12,803 nucleotides of DNA, taken from positions 1 to 12,803 of the forward strand of contig JBDRJQ010000012.1 of assembly GCA_043814765.1 (NCBI GenBank), read 5' to 3'. Source of the DNA: Nanobdellota archaeon. GTDB taxonomy: Archaea > Aenigmatarchaeota > Aenigmatarchaeia > QMZP01. Of this stretch, positions 7,682 to 12,803 are shown piece by piece. The notes beneath the pieces are model-generated. The model had not been told where the DNA came from. It worked only from the letters and a program-made list of their open reading frames with translations, and ran no database searches. A program made the position numbers and the translations under genes. Every line of letters starts with the position of its first letter. Position 1 is the first letter of the stretch.

Positions 7682-9064
7682 ATGAAAATTGTTCTTATAA
7701 GACCTCCTGATGTAGGTTTAGGAAAATATAAAGAGATGTCTCAAGGCCAGCATCCGGTGAATTTATTGTTTCTTGCAGGTTACATACAACCAAGACATGA
7801 ACCTGTGATACTGGACCTTCAGGCGGTTCATATGAACAAAGAGCAGGTTTCTCAATATCTAAAAAATCAGAATCCGGATGCTGTCGGCATAAGCTTCATG
7901 ACATGTAATTTTGACTCCGTAAAGGAGATAGCAGACATGGCTAAGGAGTTGGGAAAACTAGTTATTTTAGGCGGACCTCATCCAACAATCCTACCAAAAC
8001 AAACTCTTGAGGAGATAAATGCTGATATTGTAATAAAGAACGAGGGTGAGATTACCCTTAAAGAAGTTCTAGACGCTGCTGAAGACAAAAAATCTCTAGA
8101 TGGGATAAAAGGTATTGCTTTCAAAAAGGATGGAAAAATAATTGATAACGCAATAAGGCCGTTTGTTGAAAACTTGGATGACTTGCCAGTACCGGACAGA
8201 AGGCTTCTGGATCTAAAACACTCTAGAGGAGCTACAACAACAGGAGTTGCTAAAGACTCTACTGTTATGTTTACTTCACGCGGGTGCGCGTTTCAATGCA
8301 TATTCTGCTCGGCTAGATTGATACATGGAAATCGTTACAGGTCTAGAAGCATGGATCATATCTTCAAAGAAATTGATCAGATTAAAGAGTTGGGGTTTGA
8401 GCACATATCAATAGAGGATGACAATTTTACATTCAGTAATAATAGGGTTGAAGAGTTCTGTGAGAGGATAAAACCTTATGGAATAACATGGGATGTTCAG
8501 GCTAGAGTGGGAATACCATTAGATGTTTTAAAAAAAATGAAAGATGCTGGTTGTGTGAAAGTTGCTTTTGGTGTTGAGAGCGGAAGTCCAAGGGTTTTGG
8601 ATGTTATAAAGAAGCATATAAACTTGGACGGCATAACAGACACTTTCAGAAACTGCAGAAAAGCAGGCATCAAAACATTAGCATTCTTCATGGTCGGTCA
8701 TCCTACTGAGACAAAAGAGGACATAGGCATGACCCTGAATCTAATAAAGAAAATAAAGCCTGATTATCTTTTTGTTTCATTAGCAACTCCTTATCCCGGA
8801 ACTCCGTTGTACGATCATATGATGGAAAAGGGTTTCATTGAAAAGTTCGATTGGTCAAAATTCAGCTTCTTTGGTCAAGATGTTGAATGGAGAACAGAGA
8901 ATTTCAACAAAGAAGAACTGATTAAACTAAGAAGTGATATGTATAAAAAATTCTACATGAGTCCTGGTTATATATTCAAATCCATATCTGAGGTTAGGAG
9001 TGTTGGTGATCTCAAACAACTTATACAAGGAGCAAAGGTTTTGTTTAGCTTCACTAAAAAGTGA
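7682..9064 (+). CDS. Cobalamin-binding radical SAM protein (class B methyltransferase-like), copy 1
   Basis: N-terminal B12-binding Rossmannoid domain (MKIVLIRPP, PDAVGIS, LGGPHPT, NEGE, LDDLPVPDR), CxxxCxxC motif SRGCAFQCIFC, and EDDNFT, AFGVESGS, FFMVGHPTET, TPYPGTPLY. Confidence 0.93.
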   Translation: MKIVLIRPPDVGLGKYKEMSQGQHPVNLLFLAGYIQPRHEPVILDLQAVHMNKEQVSQYLKNQNPDAVGISFMTCNFDSVKEIADMAKELGKLVILGGPHPTILPKQTLEEINADIVIKNEGEITLKEVLDAAEDKKSLDGIKGIAFKKDGKIIDNAIRPFVENLDDLPVPDRRLLDLKHSRGATTTGVAKDSTVMFTSRGCAFQCIFCSARLIHGNRYRSRSMDHIFKEIDQIKELGFEHISIEDDNFTFSNNRVEEFCERIKPYGITWDVQARVGIPLDVLKKMKDAGCVKVAFGVESGSPRVLDVIKKHINLDGITDTFRNCRKAGIKTLAFFMVGHPTETKEDIGMTLNLIKKIKPDYLFVSLATPYPGTPLYDHMMEKGFIEKFDWSKFSFFGQDVEWRTENFNKEELIKLRSDMYKKFYMSPGYIFKSISEVRSVGDLKQLIQGAKVLFSFTKK

Positions 9065-9068
9065 TCTT

Positions 9069-10466
9069 ATGAAAATATTGCTGATTAATCCGCCCTTTGT
9101 GGCAGGGAAGAAACAAAAGTTTACACTACCACCTCTGGGTCTGCTTTACATAGCAGCTGTCCTCAAAGGGGATGGTTTTGATTCTGAAATTTTGGACTGC
9201 AATGTTACCAACTATACTCTCAAGGAAATAGCTGATTATATTGTAAGAAAGAACCCTGGCATGGTCGGAATGGGGATAATGACTCCACAGATTGTGAATA
9301 CATTAAAAATTTGTAAAACAGTTAAAGAAAAAAACATAAACATAAAGATTTGTCTTGGCGGTTCTCATGTTAATTCTGTAGGAGAAGAAATATTTGAGTT
9401 TACAAATGATGTGGATTTTCTTATAACAGGAGAAGGTGAATACACTTTCCTTGATTTGGTAAAAAACCTGAATGGTGACTATGGAAAAGTGAAAGGGTTG
9501 ATATATAGAAAAGATGGTAAAATTAAAGTGAATGAAAAAATGGAACCGATAAAAAACTTGGATGAACTTCCATTTCCTGATTTTAGTTTGGTTGATTTGA
9601 ACCAATACAAATCTCCTTACGTAGAAAACTACCCAATGATACCAATGATAGCCAGTAGGGGCTGCCCTTACAACTGCAGTTTCTGTGATGCTTACAGGAC
9701 ACATGGAAGAGTTTTGAGAAAAAGGTCTCCAAAAAACATAGTTGATGAGATAGAGTACAACAAAAAAAGGTTTGGTGTTGGACATGTAGCAATAAAAGAT
9801 AGTACGCTGATTTTGGATAAAAAATGGGTGCATGAATTCTGTGATGATTTGATGGAAAGGAACCTAAAGATTACATGGAACTGCAACAGCCGTGTTGATA
9901 ATCTAGATGCGGAACTCTTGAAAAAACTAAAAAAGGCTGGCTGCATGATGCTTGCTTTTGGTGTTGAGTCTGGATCACAGACAGTGCTGAATAACATAAG
10001 GAAACAGACAACTCTGCAGCAGGTTAGAGAAGCTTTCAAGATGACGAAAAGTGCCGGTCTAAAGACTTACGGCTTCTTTATGATAGGCAATCCAGGCGAT
10101 AATCCGGTTAGGGTTAGAAAAACCATAGACTTTGCAAAAGAGTTGAATCCTGATCTCGTGGCTTTCCATATAACAGAAGCATATCCAGGAACAGAGATAT
10201 ATGAGCAAGGATTGAAAGACAAAACTCTATCAGATTCTAAATGGTACATGCATGGAATGAATGAATATGTTGGTATAGTACCCATGTCAGCATGTTTGGA
10301 ATACCCAGATTTAACAAAAGAACAGCAACAGGTGTTTTTGAAGATGGCTTATCGTGAATTTTACATGAGACCTGCTTACATTATTAAAAAAATAGCTGGA
10401 ATAAAAAACTTCAAACAACTGAAAGACGTTGTCAATGCTGGTTTAGAAGTCGTGAAGAGTGTTTAA
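9069..10466 (+). CDS. Cobalamin-binding radical SAM protein (class B methyltransferase-like), copy 2
   Basis: Start revised from 9000 to the ATG at 9069 (MKILLINPP, parallel to copy 1; 4 nt after the upstream stop; GTGAT just upstream). Motifs: PPLGLLYIAA, LGGSHVN, GEGE, LDELPFPD, SRGCPYNCSFC, AFGVESGS, FFMIGNPGD, AYPGTEIY. 465 aa. Confidence 0.93.
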   Translation: MKILLINPPFVAGKKQKFTLPPLGLLYIAAVLKGDGFDSEILDCNVTNYTLKEIADYIVRKNPGMVGMGIMTPQIVNTLKICKTVKEKNINIKICLGGSHVNSVGEEIFEFTNDVDFLITGEGEYTFLDLVKNLNGDYGKVKGLIYRKDGKIKVNEKMEPIKNLDELPFPDFSLVDLNQYKSPYVENYPMIPMIASRGCPYNCSFCDAYRTHGRVLRKRSPKNIVDEIEYNKKRFGVGHVAIKDSTLILDKKWVHEFCDDLMERNLKITWNCNSRVDNLDAELLKKLKKAGCMMLAFGVESGSQTVLNNIRKQTTLQQVREAFKMTKSAGLKTYGFFMIGNPGDNPVRVRKTIDFAKELNPDLVAFHITEAYPGTEIYEQGLKDKTLSDSKWYMHGMNEYVGIVPMSACLEYPDLTKEQQQVFLKMAYREFYMRPAYIIKKIAGIKNFKQLKDVVNAGLEVVKSV

Positions 10467-10467
10467 G

Positions 10468-10475
10468 TTTATATA
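10468..10475 (+). promoter_or_regulatory. Archaeal-type TATA box (TTTATATA) in front of the GT2 gene
   Basis: TTTATATA at 10468-10475, 21 nt before ATG 10497, inside a 30-bp intergenic gap. Confidence 0.55.
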
Positions 10476-10496
10476 TAATTGTGTTAATCTGATACC

Positions 10497-11357
10497 ATGA
10501 TAAGCGTTATTGTGCCTGCTTATAATGAAGAAGAGAGCGTTGAAAACGTAATGAATAGAATCAAAAATACTATGGATTCTACCAAAGAGAAATATGAGAT
10601 TCTGGTTATTGATGATGGCTCTAAAGATAGGACCGCAGAAATTCTTGAAAAATTGAAATTTGTTAGCATAATAAAACACCCTTATAACAAAGGTTACGGA
10701 GCTGCGCTCAAAACTGGAATCCGTAATGCAAAAGGCGACTGGATACTGATAACAGATGCTGACGGCACTTATCCTGTAGAAGACATTCCAAAGCTTATGG
10801 AGCACACTCATAATCATGATATGATTGTAGGCGCAAGAACTGGTCTGAATGTTCATATTCCTGCTACTAGAAGACCAGCTAAGTTTATGCTTGCAAAAAT
10901 GGCTAATTACATAGCTGGTAATAACATACCAGATCTTAATTCTGGTTTAAGGATTTTCAAGAAAGATCTTGCTTTAAGATTCTTCCATATTTTTCCATCG
11001 GGATTCTCATTCACATCAACTATAACACTCGCGTCTTTCTGCAATGATTACAGTGTAAAATATGTTCCAATAAACTATGAAAAGAGAAAAGGCAAATCAA
11101 AAATGAAAGCTAGTGATTTTTTCGGCTTCAATAAACTGTTTTTGAAAATGATGATGTATTTCGATCCGATGAAAATATTCATACCAGCATCAGCTATCGT
11201 AGGTGCTATTGGTATAACATCGTTATTATTTGACATAATTGTTTATCAGAACATAGCAGATCTTTCTGTGTTCTTAATACTCGCTGCGCTTCAAATAGGT
11301 TTAATTGGTTTAGTTGCTGATTTAGTTGCAATTGAAAAGAATAGGCATCATAATTAA
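10497..11357 (+). CDS. GT2 glycosyltransferase, DPM-synthase/polyprenol-phosphate glycosyltransferase-like, with two C-terminal transmembrane helices
   Basis: ISVIVPAYNEE, IDDGSKDRT, NKGYGAALKTG, DxD motif DADGTY, DLNSGLRIF, VPINYEKRKGKSK, and two hydrophobic segments at the C-terminus. Confidence 0.92.
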   Translation: MISVIVPAYNEEESVENVMNRIKNTMDSTKEKYEILVIDDGSKDRTAEILEKLKFVSIIKHPYNKGYGAALKTGIRNAKGDWILITDADGTYPVEDIPKLMEHTHNHDMIVGARTGLNVHIPATRRPAKFMLAKMANYIAGNNIPDLNSGLRIFKKDLALRFFHIFPSGFSFTSTITLASFCNDYSVKYVPINYEKRKGKSKMKASDFFGFNKLFLKMMMYFDPMKIFIPASAIVGAIGITSLLFDIIVYQNIADLSVFLILAALQIGLIGLVADLVAIEKNRHHN

Positions 11358-12802
11358 AACATTTTTTTAGATTCAACTTTTTCTTGGTCAATGAAAATTC
11401 TATGCCACATTTCTAGATTAAATAAATTCCATAACTGCCGACTGTAGTACTTCGGTGAGCTATCCAACTTGGTTAACAACGCATTCACTTGAGGGTAATT
11501 GAAATAACCTCTCTTCTGTATGACACTCTCTGATAGCATGCTCTGTGCAACTTCTTTCAGCTCTCCTTGAAACCACTTCTCTATTGGGACATGAAAGCCT
11601 TGCTTCTTTCTATCTATAATCTCTTTTGGTACGATGCCTTGCATTGCTTTGCGGACTATTTTTTTTTCAGTTCTCATATCTATTTTGTATTTGATTGGAA
11701 TTGTTCCTGCAAACTCTACTATTCTATGGTCAAGGAACGGCACGCGAGCTTCAACAGAATGCGCCATTGTTGTCTTATCAACCTTTGTTAGTAGATCATC
11801 AGGAAGCCACTGTCTTATGTCAAAGTAAAGTAGTTGGTTCAAATCATATGGTCTGCTAATTGTTTTAGTTGGTCCATTTGGGTTTTCTTTAAGCAGTTCT
11901 TTCTTTTCTTCTTCTGTAAAAATGGAAATCCAGTCTATGTAGTCCTGATCAAATCTTTTCATTAAATCATTTCTAGATATTTTTGAAATTACCTTTCTTA
12001 ACGGTCCTATTTTTTTGTCTATTAGCGCTGCTCTATACTGTGGATATCCAGCAAACAGTTCATCAGAACCTTCGCCTGTTAGAACCACAGTAACATATTT
12101 CTTTGTTAGCTCTGACATCATGTATGTTGGTATAATTGCAGGATCTGAAACAGGTTCATCCATGTGCCAGATAACCTTTGGTAAAATGTCTATACTTTTT
12201 TGTTTGACTTCCAGTGTTTTATGGTCTGTTCCGAAATGCTCAGCTATTTGTTTTGCAAACGGAGCTTCATTAAATTCTATATCATCAAAAGTAACTGTAA
12301 ACGTGTTTACTGGTTTATCCATTATTTTTGACATCAAACCAACAACAAAGCTTGAATCCAATCCTCCTGAAAGATATGCTCCTAAAGGAACTTCACTAAT
12401 GAGTCTTGATTTAATAGAATCCTCTAGTAAGTTTCTCAGATTCTTTACATAGAAGTCTTCGCTCTTGTCAGTTGAATTGAAAGCAAAATACCAGTATTTC
12501 TTAGTAGAAATCTGTCCATTTTGAAGGCTTATTGTGTGACCTGGAAGAAGCTTTAATATACCTTTGAACATTGTGAGAGGCCCTGGAACGTATCTAAACG
12601 TTAGGTAGTCATTTAAGGCGTTTTTATCCACCTCGGGTCTATACTCCTTGTATTGCAATATACTCTTTATCTCTGACCCAAATAGGAATTTACTTCCTAT
12701 TTGGGTGTAATATAGTGGTTTAATTCCGAGCCGATCTCTTGCTAAAAACAGTTTTTTGTTTCGCATATCCCATATAGCAAATGCGAACATGCCGTTTAGT
12801 TT
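11354..12802 (-). CDS. asnB: Asparagine synthetase (glutamine-hydrolysing)-like amidotransferase, 5'-truncated by the window edge
   Basis: The frame is open upstream of 12790 to the window edge (KLNG-MFAFAIWD), so the real start lies outside the window. Motifs: ARDRLGIKPLYY, FGSEIK, PP-loop LSGGLDSS, LTGEGSDELFAGY, LLTKVDK, VEARVPFLD, RKKQGF. Context suggests a WbpS-like sugar amidotransferase. Confidence 0.93.
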   Translation of the reverse strand, partial: KLNGMFAFAIWDMRNKKLFLARDRLGIKPLYYTQIGSKFLFGSEIKSILQYKEYRPEVDKNALNDYLTFRYVPGPLTMFKGILKLLPGHTISLQNGQISTKKYWYFAFNSTDKSEDFYVKNLRNLLEDSIKSRLISEVPLGAYLSGGLDSSFVVGLMSKIMDKPVNTFTVTFDDIEFNEAPFAKQIAEHFGTDHKTLEVKQKSIDILPKVIWHMDEPVSDPAIIPTYMMSELTKKYVTVVLTGEGSDELFAGYPQYRAALIDKKIGPLRKVISKISRNDLMKRFDQDYIDWISIFTEEEKKELLKENPNGPTKTISRPYDLNQLLYFDIRQWLPDDLLTKVDKTTMAHSVEARVPFLDHRIVEFAGTIPIKYKIDMRTEKKIVRKAMQGIVPKEIIDRKKQGFHVPIEKWFQGELKEVAQSMLSESVIQKRGYFNYPQVNALLTKLDSSPKYYSRQLWNLFNLEMWHRIFIDQEKVESKKMF

Positions 12803-12803
12803 C

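Noticed and set aside
8526..8537. TTTTAAAAAAAA tract and other A7-A8 runs as frameshift or phase-variation sites
   Set aside because: The reading frames are intact and such runs are expected in AT-rich, Lys-rich genes.
9000..9068. Extended N-terminus of the second radical SAM from the ORF track
   Set aside because: It would overlap the upstream gene by 65 nt. The ATG at 9069 gives the family-typical MKILLINPP start.
7682..10466. Specific assignment as BchE, HpnP or GDGT ring synthases GrsA/GrsB
   Set aside because: Only superfamily-level motifs are visible and the context has no tetrapyrrole, hopanoid or tetraether genes. It cannot be excluded without phylogeny.
718..12452. Short alternative-frame and antisense ORFs (e.g. 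718-1008, 2914-3261, 3833-4201, 6312-6629, 9303-9833, 10443-10856, 12015-12452)
   Set aside because: All lie within or almost wholly within well-supported long CDSs and show no recognisable motifs.
12788..12790. ATG at 12790 as the start of the AsnB-like gene
   Set aside because: It is the internal Met of the conserved LNGMFAF motif. The catalytic N-terminal Cys region lies outside the window, so this is not a pseudogene.
1..12803. CRISPR arrays, tRNA/rRNA genes, IS elements, integrases, RiPP precursor for the radical SAMs
   Set aside because: No spaced repeats, tRNA-like folds or recombinase motifs were seen. The intergenic gaps within the cluster are too short (72 bp or less) to hold a credible precursor peptide gene.

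Overview
This window is probably archaeal. Four genes have TATA-like boxes 21-24 nt before the ATG, and the internal genes use GGTGA/GAGGT/GTGAT-type ribosome-binding sites. From left to right it contains: (1) the 5' part of a bacterial-looking lipoprotein gene on the minus strand (<1..472), missing from the ORF track; (2) a UPF0182-family membrane protein (722..3433); (3) from 3473 to the right edge, a more AT-rich, tightly packed sugar/glycan-modification cluster. The leftward operon of that cluster encodes a UDP-N-acetylhexosamine 6-dehydrogenase, an uncharacterised alpha-helical/beta protein and a stand-alone FrhB-like Fe-S flavoprotein. The rightward arm encodes two tandem cobalamin-binding radical SAM enzymes and a GT2 glycosyltransferase, converging on an AsnB-like amidotransferase that is cut by the window edge. 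The best candidate for an undescribed system is this cluster, which could make a radical-SAM-methylated uronamide sugar using its own electron-transfer partner (inference). No RNA genes, CRISPR arrays or transposases were seen. All family calls come from motif recognition by eye; no database search was run.
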